In this document: positions 26,053 through 33,390 of the stretch, in pieces
Layout of the letters: every line of letters starts with the position of its first letter
Position numbering within the stretch: position 1 is the first letter of the stretch
Source: Actinomycetota bacterium
GTDB lineage: Bacteria; Actinomycetota; UBA4738; HRBIN12
Length of the DNA stretch: 46,360 nt
Direction: 5' to 3'
Assembly: GCA_040002535.1 (NCBI GenBank)
Contig: JBDUEF010000003.1
Location: 1 to 46,360 of the forward strand
Made by a program: the position numbers and the translations under genes
The notes under the pieces: model-generated
What the model was told of the DNA's origin: nothing
The model's database searches: none
What the model saw: only the letters and a program-made list of their open reading frames with translations

Positions 26053-26517
26053 ATGGCGAACGAGAACTCGGTCACCCTCGTGGGGAACCTGACCGACGAC
26101 CCAGAGTTGCGATACACCCCGAACGGCGCGGCGGTGTGCAAGTTCCGCATCGCCGTGAACCGGCGCATGCCCGACGGCAACGGAGGCTGGAAGGACGGCG
26201 AGGCGTCCTACTTCTCCGTGAACTGCTGGCGCGGGCTGGCCGAGAACGTGGCCGAGTCGCTGACCCGCGGCACGCGCGTGGTCGTGGCCGGCCGGCTGCA
26301 GTACCGGGCCTGGGAGAACCAGGACGGCGACAAGCGCAGTGCCGTCGAGATCGAGGCCGACGAGGTCGGTCCCAGCCTGAAGTGGGCGACGGCCCGGATC
26401 GAGCGCACACCGCGCGCGGGCGGCACCGCCACATCGGGCAGTGACTGGGGCGAGAAGGTCGCCGTCCCCGCCGGCGGCGCGACCGATCAGGAGGAGACAC
26501 CACTGGATGCCGGGTAA
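26053..26517 (+). CDS. ssb: Single-stranded DNA-binding protein
   Basis: [45 protein letters not shown]; rpsF-ssb-rpsR synteny. Confidence 0.95.
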   Translation: MANENSVTLVGNLTDDPELRYTPNGAAVCKFRIAVNRRMPDGNGGWKDGEASYFSVNCWRGLAENVAESLTRGTRVVVAGRLQYRAWENQDGDKRSAVEIEADEVGPSLKWATARIERTPRAGGTATSGSDWGEKVAVPAGGATDQEETPLDAG

Positions 26518-26782
26518 AGCGAAATCACGGCGCCCCGTCAAGCGCGAGAAGGAAGAGAAGGCCTGGCAGAAGAGGGGCAAGCGCAAGATCTGCATCTTCT
26601 GCAAGGACCAGCTCGATCACGTGGACTATAAGGACGTCTTCACGCTCCGCAAGTTCGTGTCCGATCGGGGCAAGATCAAGGCGCGGCGCGTGACGGGCAA
26701 CTGCGTGCAGCATCAGCGCGACGTCGCCACGGCCGTGAAGAACGCCCGCCAGATGGCCCTGCTCCCGTACTCGAGCCGATGA
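26507..26782 (+). CDS. rpsR: 30S ribosomal protein S18 (zinc-binding C+ form)
   Basis: CIFC...VDYKD...[20 protein letters not shown]...[13 protein letters not shown]; SD AGGAG upstream of ATG 26507. Confidence 0.96.
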   Translation: MPGKAKSRRPVKREKEEKAWQKRGKRKICIFCKDQLDHVDYKDVFTLRKFVSDRGKIKARRVTGNCVQHQRDVATAVKNARQMALLPYSSR

Positions 26783-27231
26783 AGGTCCTTCTCCAGAAGC
26801 CCGTCGACAAGCTGGGTCAGCCCGGCGACATCGTCGAGGTCGCCGACGGCTATGCGCGCAACTACCTGGTGCCCCAGGGGATGGCGATCAAGGCGGCCAA
26901 GGGCGCGATGCTCCAGGCGGAGTCCATGAAGCGCGCGCACGACGCCCGGCAGTCGAAGGAGAAGGTCGAGCACGAGGCGGTCGCCTCGAAGCTGATCGCC
27001 GCGGGTGGTCTCACCATCTCCGCGCGTGCCGGCGAGGAGGGCAAGCTCTTCGGATCGGTGACCGCTGCCGACGTGGTCGATGCGATCGCCTCGCAGTCGG
27101 GGGTCGCGGTGGACCGCAAGTCCGTGCACCTCCAGGAGCCCATCCGGACCCTCGGTACCCACGAGATCCGCGTCACGCTGTTCCCCGACGTGGAGCCGGT
27201 GGTGACCGTGGAGGTCGTGGCCAAGAGCTGA
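26779..27231 (+). CDS. rplI: 50S ribosomal protein L9
   Basis: MKVLL...[37 protein letters not shown]. Confidence 0.96.
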   Translation: MKVLLQKPVDKLGQPGDIVEVADGYARNYLVPQGMAIKAAKGAMLQAESMKRAHDARQSKEKVEHEAVASKLIAAGGLTISARAGEEGKLFGSVTAADVVDAIASQSGVAVDRKSVHLQEPIRTLGTHEIRVTLFPDVEPVVTVEVVAKS

Positions 27232-27253
27232 CGACAGTCCGTTCGTATCGCAT

Positions 27254-27286
27254 GAGGCCGGGGGTTGCTCCCCGGCCTCTGTGCGT
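27254..27286 (+). terminator. Intrinsic terminator-like hairpin after rplI
   Basis: GAGGCCGGGG-gttgct-CCCCGGCCTC, 10-bp perfect stem followed by TGTGCGT (weak U tract). Confidence 0.65.
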
Positions 27287-27297
27287 GGGAGGCCGTG

Positions 27298-27404
27298 GGC
27301 TGACGCGTGGCAGAGGGCGGGACCCGCGGCTCGGGGGAGCTCGGACGCTGCCATCGGCTGACGCGAGGCAGAGGTCGGGACCCGCGGCTCGGGGGGCTCG
27401 GACG
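27298..27404. repeat. Two imperfect ~50-bp direct repeats, period 58 bp
   Basis: GGCTGACGCG(T/A)GGCAGAGG(G/T)CGGGACCCGCGGCTCGGGGG(A/-)GCTCGGACG at 27298-27347 and 27356-27404. Confidence 0.8.
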
Positions 27405-27786
27405 GCGCCACCGTTCACGGTCATCGGCCGCTTCGGCGAGCGCCGGCGCCGCCTCGACATCCCCCGACTCCGCGCCCCCCGCCCTCCGATCGCAGGTCAG
27501 GCGGGCGCCCGCTTCGCGTGGCCGCGCCCCGTGGTCACTGAGGCGTGCGTGCGCGCGCGCGATGGCGTACCGAGCCGGTCGGTCGGAGCGCTCGCCCCGC
27601 GGTCGTGCCGCCGGCGGGAGGGGTCGTCGGCTGGAGGATTGTCGAGGCGGCGTGTACGGCTGCCTGAGCAGCCGATGGGCAGGAACGCCCACGCCGTCCG
27701 AGCCCTCCGGACGACGATCCCGACCTCCTGCGCGCCAGCCCATCGCGGTCGTGGGTGTCCGGCCTGGCAGGTGAATGTCAGACGTG

Positions 27787-27902
27787 TGATTCACAATTGT
27801 CCCCATGGTTATCCACATGGGGAAATCGCAGGTCAGAGGCGGAGTGACAAGCTTTCTTCGGTCGCGACCTGCGGGTTCACTATGCACACCCGGTTATCCA
27901 CT
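27787..27902 (+). promoter_or_regulatory. Cluster of five co-oriented DnaA boxes upstream of dnaB
   Basis: TGATTCACA 27787, TTGTCCCCA 27797, TTATCCACA 27809 (perfect), CTATGCACA 27880, TTATCCACT 27894; locally lower GC. Confidence 0.7.
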
Positions 27903-27964
27903 GGTGTCTGCGAGTCGGGAGCGTAGCGTCTTCGGCGTCCGGCGAGGGAGAGCAGGGGTGGTTC

Positions 27965-29329
27965 GTGGCGCGCGTCGCTGAAGAGATCCGCCCCGGACGG
28001 GGCGACGCTCGCGTGCCGCCACAGAACGTGGATGCTGAGGAGTCCGTGCTCGGCTCCATGATGCTGTCCACCGACGCCATCGCCGACGTCGTCGAGATCC
28101 TGCAGCCCGAGGACTTTTACCGGTCGGCGAACGGCCGTATCTACGCCACCCTGCGGGGCGTGTACGCGCGGGGAGCGCCCGTGGACATCATCACGGCGGT
28201 CGAGGCCCTGGAGCGGGAGGGCATCCTCGAGGCGGTCGGCGGCCGGCTGTACCTGCGCGACCTCGTGGACCAGGTGCCCACCCCGGCCTCGGCCGGCCAC
28301 TACGCCACCATCGTGGCCAAGTCGGCGCTCCGCCGCCGGCTGATCTCCGCCGCCGCCGACGTGATGGAGATGGCCTACTCCTCCACCGGCGAGGCCGAGC
28401 AGGTGGCCGACGATGCCGAGCAGCGCATCTACGACGTCGCGCGGCGCGAGGACAAGGAGGAGATGGCGATCCTCAGCGACCTGGTCGACCGGGCCATGAT
28501 GGACCTGGAGTCCATCCAGAACCGGGATTCCACCTACACCGGCATGGCCACCGGGTTCCGGGACCTGGACGACCTGACCTCGGGCCTGCAGCCGGGCAAC
28601 CTCATCGTGATCGCGGCCCGGCCGGGCATCGGGAAGTCCTCGCTCGCCATGAACATGGCCCGCAACGTCGCCGTCGACGGGCACCCGGTCGCCGTCTTCT
28701 CGCTGGAGATGTCGCGCGCGGAGATCGGCATGCGCGTCCTGTGCTCGGAGGCGAAGGTGCCGTGGGACCGGATCCGCAGCAAGCGCGTGGGACCGCAGGA
28801 CTGGACGAACATCGTGTACGCCGCCGAGGTGCTGCACGACGCCCCCATGCACATCGTGGACTCCGGCAACGTGAACATCGTGGACATCCGTGCGAAGGCG
28901 CGGCGCATGCGCACCAGCAAGGCCGGGCTGCACATGATCATCGTTGATTACCTGCAGCTCATGACGAGCCCGAACGCCCGGCGCCCCGACAGCCGCCAGC
29001 AGGAGGTGGCTGAGATCAGCCGCAGCCTGAAGCTGCTGGCGAAGGAGCTCGCCATCCCGATCGTGGCGCTCAGCCAGCTGAACAGGAACCCGGAGGCTCG
29101 CGCCGACAAACGCCCACAGCTGTCGGACCTGCGCGAGAGCGGCGCCATCGAGCAGGACTCCGACATCGTGATGTTCATCCACCGTGACGACGCCGATCCC
29201 GAGAAGAAGCGCGAGGCCGAGCTGATCATCGCCAAGCATCGCAACGGGCCCACCGGCTCCATCCGCCTGCACTTCGAGCCCTCGCTCACGCAGTTCCGCA
29301 ACGCGGCACGCGATAGCGCCGCATCGTGA
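27965..29329 (+). CDS. dnaB: Replicative DNA helicase
   Basis: PPQNVDAEESVLG, AARPGIGKS, FSLEM, VDYLQL, LSQLNR, LRESGAIEQDSD, KHRNGPTG; no intein. Confidence 0.97.
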   Translation: MARVAEEIRPGRGDARVPPQNVDAEESVLGSMMLSTDAIADVVEILQPEDFYRSANGRIYATLRGVYARGAPVDIITAVEALEREGILEAVGGRLYLRDLVDQVPTPASAGHYATIVAKSALRRRLISAAADVMEMAYSSTGEAEQVADDAEQRIYDVARREDKEEMAILSDLVDRAMMDLESIQNRDSTYTGMATGFRDLDDLTSGLQPGNLIVIAARPGIGKSSLAMNMARNVAVDGHPVAVFSLEMSRAEIGMRVLCSEAKVPWDRIRSKRVGPQDWTNIVYAAEVLHDAPMHIVDSGNVNIVDIRAKARRMRTSKAGLHMIIVDYLQLMTSPNARRPDSRQQEVAEISRSLKLLAKELAIPIVALSQLNRNPEARADKRPQLSDLRESGAIEQDSDIVMFIHRDDADPEKKREAELIIAKHRNGPTGSIRLHFEPSLTQFRNAARDSAAS

Positions 29330-30042
29330 GCCCGGCCGCACCGGCCGACGCACGAAACGCCACGCCGCGGCGCGTGCGCGCGATCCACGCCCGGCTGGCC
29401 AGGCACTTCGGCGAGCTGGTCCCTCCGCGCAGCGTCGATCCGCTCGACGAGCTGATCCTCACCGTGCTGTCCCAACACACCAGCGACCTGAACGCAGGAC
29501 GCGCGTTCGCCGACCTGCAGGCGGCATTCCCGAAGGGGTGGGCCTCCGTGGTGCGCGCGCCGGCCACGAGGATCGCCGACACGATCCGCAGCGGTGGGCT
29601 CGCCAACACGAAGGCGCCGCGGATCCAGGTGATCCTGCGCGAGGTGAACCGACGCGAGGGCGCCTACGACCTGTCCTCGCTCACCGACATGACGGACCGC
29701 GAGGCGCGCGAGTACCTCACGTCGCTGCCGGGCATCGGGCCGAAGACCGCCGCCGTCGTGCTGAGCTTCGCGCTGGGACGGGATGCGCTCCCCGTCGACA
29801 CGCACGTGCTGCGCGCGTCGCGCCGGTTGGGTCTGATCCCGCCCACGACCTCGGCGGAGCGGGCCGACCGGCTCCTGGACGCGCTGGTGCCCGACGGCCT
29901 GCGGACCTCGCTGCACGTCGCGCTGATCCGCCTGGGCCGCGAGATCTGCAAGGCGGGCGTGCCGCGCTGCCCTCGGTGCCCGCTCAAGGACCTGTGCCCC
30001 ACAGCGCCGCGCTACGTGGAACGGTCGTCTGGTCGGGGGTAG
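29326..30042 (+). CDS. nth: Endonuclease III family DNA glycosylase
   Basis: TVLSQHTSD, HhH LPGIGPKTA, VDTH, 4Fe-4S motif CKAGVPRCPRCPLKDLC. Confidence 0.85.
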   Translation: MSPAAPADARNATPRRVRAIHARLARHFGELVPPRSVDPLDELILTVLSQHTSDLNAGRAFADLQAAFPKGWASVVRAPATRIADTIRSGGLANTKAPRIQVILREVNRREGAYDLSSLTDMTDREAREYLTSLPGIGPKTAAVVLSFALGRDALPVDTHVLRASRRLGLIPPTTSAERADRLLDALVPDGLRTSLHVALIRLGREICKAGVPRCPRCPLKDLCPTAPRYVERSSGRG

Positions 30043-30091
30043 ACGACTCGGGCAGCGGGGGCTGCGTCGATGCAGGAGGCGGATCCAGCGG

Positions 30092-30162
30092 AGCGGGCGA
30101 GGGGAATCGAACCCCCGTCTCGAGCTTGGGAAGCTCACGTTCTGCCATTGAACCACGCCCGC
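30092..30162 (-). tRNA. tRNA-Gly (anticodon CCC); CCA end not encoded
   Basis: Minus strand GCGGGCGTGGTTCAATGGCAGAACGTGAGCTTCCCAAGCTCGAGACGGGGGTTCGATTCCCCTCGCCCGCT folds as a cloverleaf with a TTCGA T-loop; followed by CCG. Confidence 0.95.
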
Positions 30163-30249
30163 GCGTGCCGGCCGCCGGGGCGGACCGGACCCCCAGTGTA
30201 GCCAGACCGCGGGTCGCGGCGGGAGGCCGCCTGCTAGCGTTCCGGCGCC

Positions 30250-31269
30250 ATGAGCGAGGACCGCTGGCCCCAGATCCTGACGCGGCTCGCAGCGCGGGAG
30301 ACCCTCACCGCCGACGAGGCGGCCGAGGCGATGCGCGGCATCATGAGCGGAGAGGCCACCCCGGGGCAGATCGGCGGCTTCCTGATGGCGCTGCGCACCA
30401 AGGGGGAGACCGCCGACGAGCTCGACGGCCTGGCGCGCACCGCCCTGGAGTTCGCGAACCCCGTCAACGCGCCCGCCCCGGTCGTAGACACCTGCGGCAC
30501 CGGCGGGGACCGGAGCAACACCTTCAACATCTCCACGGTGGCGGCGATCGTCGTGGCCGGCGCCGGTGTGCCGGTCGCCAAGCACGGGAACCGCGCGGCC
30601 TCCAGCCACTGTGGCTCTGCCGATCTTCTGGAGGCGCTCGGCGTGACGATCGACCTCGACGCAGCCGGGGTGGAACGATCCCTGGCCGACAACGGCATCG
30701 CCTTCATGTTCGCCCCCGTGTTCCACCCGGCCGCCAGGTATGCCGGGCCGGTCCGTGGCGAGCTGCGCGTCCCCACCGTCTTCAACTTCCTGGGGCCGCT
30801 CACGAACCCCGCCCGGCCCGTGGCGCAGGTCGTCGGCGTCTCGGACCCCCGCATGTTGCCGCTCATGGCCGAGGTGCTGGCTCGCCGGGGCGTGCGCGCG
30901 AAGCTGTTCCGCGGCGAGGACGGGCTCGACGAGCTCACCACCACCGGCCGGTCCACCGTGTACGACGTCCGAGACGGTGAGGTGCGCGAGCGCCATCTGG
31001 ACCCGGCCGACCTGGGCCTTCGCCGCGCCTCGGCCGGGGATCTTCGGGGTGGCGACGCTCGGGAGTCCGCGGCCATCGCCCGCGCGATCCTGGGGGGAGA
31101 GACCGGTCCACGGCGCGACGTCGTGCTGCTGAACGCCGGCGCAGCCCTAGAGGTCGCCGGCACCGCCGCCTCCATCGCCGAGGGCATGGACCTGGCGGCC
31201 ACGTCGATCGATTCCGGCTCGGCCGCAGCGGTCCTGGAGCGCTGGGCCGGCGCCGGCGGGAACGGGTAG
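30250..31269 (+). CDS. trpD: Anthranilate phosphoribosyltransferase
   Basis: DTCGTGGD, FNIST, KHGNRAASSHCGSAD, FNFLGPLTNP, DGLDE, LNAG. Confidence 0.96.
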   Translation: MSEDRWPQILTRLAARETLTADEAAEAMRGIMSGEATPGQIGGFLMALRTKGETADELDGLARTALEFANPVNAPAPVVDTCGTGGDRSNTFNISTVAAIVVAGAGVPVAKHGNRAASSHCGSADLLEALGVTIDLDAAGVERSLADNGIAFMFAPVFHPAARYAGPVRGELRVPTVFNFLGPLTNPARPVAQVVGVSDPRMLPLMAEVLARRGVRAKLFRGEDGLDELTTTGRSTVYDVRDGEVRERHLDPADLGLRRASAGDLRGGDARESAAIARAILGGETGPRRDVVLLNAGAALEVAGTAASIAEGMDLAATSIDSGSAAAVLERWAGAGGNG

Positions 31270-31281
31270 CATCCCCGCGCG

Positions 31282-31845
31282 ATGATCCTGTCGGACCGCA
31301 CGATCCGCGAGCAGATCGAGGCCGGCCGCATCGTGATCGACCCGTTCGACCCCGCCTGCGTCCAGCCCTCCTCAGTGGATCTGCACGTCGACGCCGAGTT
31401 CCGGGTCTTCCGCAACAACCGGTACCCGTTCATCGACGTGAAGCAGGATCAGGACCTCACCGAGCTGGTGGAGGTCAAGCCCGACGAGCCGTTCATCCTG
31501 CATCCGGGCGAGTTCGTCCTGGGTTCCACGCTCGAGCGCGTCTCGATCCCCGACGATCTCGTGGCGCGACTGGAGGGCAAGTCGTCGCTGGGCCGACTGG
31601 GCCTGCTGATCCACTCCACGGCCGGCTACGTCGATCCCGGCTGGGACGGCTTCCTCACCCTAGAGCTCTCGAACGTGGCGAACCTGCCGATCACCCTGTA
31701 CCCGGGCATGAAGATCGGCCAGATCAGCTTCTTCCAGCTCACCACGGCAGCGGAGACGCCCTACGGCAGCGCCGGCAACAAGTACCAGAACCAGCGCGGC
31801 CCCACGGCGAGCCGGTTCCACCAGGAGTTCACGAAGGAACCCTGA
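31282..31845 (+). CDS. dcd: dCTP deaminase
   Basis: [52 protein letters not shown]. Confidence 0.96.
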   Translation: MILSDRTIREQIEAGRIVIDPFDPACVQPSSVDLHVDAEFRVFRNNRYPFIDVKQDQDLTELVEVKPDEPFILHPGEFVLGSTLERVSIPDDLVARLEGKSSLGRLGLLIHSTAGYVDPGWDGFLTLELSNVANLPITLYPGMKIGQISFFQLTTAAETPYGSAGNKYQNQRGPTASRFHQEFTKEP

Positions 31846-31864
31846 TCGAGATCCGCAGCCGCGC

Positions 31865-32572
31865 TTATCTCTTGGTGCTGCGCTCCTCCTCGTCGACGCC
31901 GTGGCCGATCCCGTTGCCGACGGGGTGGGGACCGACGCCCATCGACACCGCCGCCATCGCGGCCTGCGTGCGGTTGGTGACGCCGAGCTTGCGGAAGATG
32001 GCGGCAAGGTGCGCCTTCACCGTCTTCTCCGACAGGAACAGGCCCTGGGCGATGTCGCGGTTGCTCCGCCCCTCCGACAACAGGCCGAGGATGTCGTTCT
32101 CCCGCTGGGTCAAGCTGAACTCCGAGCGGCGGGCGTTGTGCGAGTTGGACTCGGCGTCATCGAACAGGTTCTGGATCACCCGAGGCGACAGGACGTTGCC
32201 GCTCCCCGACATCGCGACGTTGATCGCCTGGGAGAGATCCTCGGGCGTGGCATCCTTCAACAGGTAGCCGGAGGCGCCATCGGACAGCGCCCGCTTGACG
32301 TAGGGCGCGTTCTCGTAGGTGGACAGCATGATCACGGGGATGTCGGGCCACTCGGCCTTCATGGTGCGCAGCAGATCCAGACCGTCGAGGTCGGGCATCC
32401 GAACGTCGACCAACGCCATGTCGACCTTCTCGGCGCGCAGGATCACCAGGGCCGCCGCCGCGCTGCCGGCCTCCGACACGTCGGCGTCGGGGAAGCCCTC
32501 CTTCACGACGTAGCTCATGCCGCGGCGCACCAGCGCGTGGTCGTCAACGATCAAGATCCTCATCACAGTCAC
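31865..32572 (-). CDS. NarL/LuxR family response regulator
   Basis: IVDDH, VDVRMP, LSTYE, YLLK; HTH LTQRENDILGLLSEGRSNRDIAQGLFLSEKTVKAH. Confidence 0.92.
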   Translation of the reverse strand: MTVMRILIVDDHALVRRGMSYVVKEGFPDADVSEAGSAAAALVILRAEKVDMALVDVRMPDLDGLDLLRTMKAEWPDIPVIMLSTYENAPYVKRALSDGASGYLLKDATPEDLSQAINVAMSGSGNVLSPRVIQNLFDDAESNSHNARRSEFSLTQRENDILGLLSEGRSNRDIAQGLFLSEKTVKAHLAAIFRKLGVTNRTQAAMAAVSMGVGPHPVGNGIGHGVDEEERSTKR

Positions 32573-33267
32573 CTGGCTCCTTCAACGGGGAGACGCGCGA
32601 CGATCCGCGTGCCCTCCCCGGGTCTCGATCCGATATCGACGGTGCCGCCGACCTCCTCTGCCCGGGCCCGCATCATCCGCAGACCGAAATGCGAACCGCC
32701 GTCGGCGTCGCCGGCGATCCCACGTCCGTGATCCTCCACCTCGATGACGACCTCGCCGGGGCCGAGGTCCACGCGCACCTCGATCTCGGGAGAGCCTGCA
32801 TGCTTGGCTGCGTTGGTCACGGCCTCGTGCACGATGCCCAGGGCCGCGTCCATCACATCCCGGTCGATCGTTCCCACATCGCCCTGCACGTACACGCGCG
32901 CATGCGCACCCCAGCGCTCCGAGGCGGTGGCGGCGATCGCCGCGAACGGAGCCTTCGACAGGTCCTCGGCGGGAAGGGATCCGTCCGTGAGGCGGAACAG
33001 AACCTCGCGGATCCGCTCGAGATCGTCCCGGATGGCCTCCTGGGTCTCCTCCAGCTCGGCGAGCGCTGCCTCGGGGTCGGTCGCCATCCGGGAGCGGAAG
33101 GCCTGGAGCTCCAGCACGGCGCTGGTGACCGACTGCGTGAGGGTGTCGTGGATCTGCATGGCCCAGCGGGCACGCTCCTCCGCCAGGCATGCCTCGACGG
33201 TCTCGGCCACCTCGGTGGCCGCGACGGTCAGGTCTGTCTTCTGCGCGCGCAGCGCGGGAACGCTCAC
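32569..33267 (-). CDS. Soluble HisKA_3 histidine kinase with no apparent sensor domain
   Basis: EERARWAMQIHD about 30 aa from the start, HEAVTNAAKHA, DHGRG, FGLRMMRAR, GEGT; no TM segment. Confidence 0.85.
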   Translation of the reverse strand: MSVPALRAQKTDLTVAATEVAETVEACLAEERARWAMQIHDTLTQSVTSAVLELQAFRSRMATDPEAALAELEETQEAIRDDLERIREVLFRLTDGSLPAEDLSKAPFAAIAATASERWGAHARVYVQGDVGTIDRDVMDAALGIVHEAVTNAAKHAGSPEIEVRVDLGPGEVVIEVEDHGRGIAGDADGGSHFGLRMMRARAEEVGGTVDIGSRPGEGTRIVARLPVEGAR

Positions 33268-33390
33268 ATCCGTCCTTCGGTCGCGTGGCGGTCGTTGGGT
33301 CTAGTTCCTTTTCGGCCGCCGAAGGGCGCGGCTTGACCGGCATTCGGGAGACGTGAGGGGACCGGACGGATCGCCGTGCGTGGGAGGGGG

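Noticed and set aside
27298-27404. Direct repeats as a possible CRISPR array
   Set aside because: Only two ~50-bp units with an 8-bp gap, no unique spacers of CRISPR length, and no cas genes
27787-27902. Calling the DnaA-box cluster oriC
   Set aside because: No adjacent dnaA or dnaN and no clear AT-rich unwinding element; cannot be established from this window
30043-30249. tRNA-Gly as an integration site for a genomic island
   Set aside because: No integrase and no duplicated tRNA 3' end noticed; flanks are core genes (nth, trpD)
30250-31269. Stand-alone trpD outside a trp operon
   Set aside because: Common in actinobacteria; not unusual
33290-33330. Possible DosR/DevR-like box upstream of the sensorless kinase
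   Set aside because: The match to a GGGAC-N-GTCCC-type palindrome is too degenerate to support
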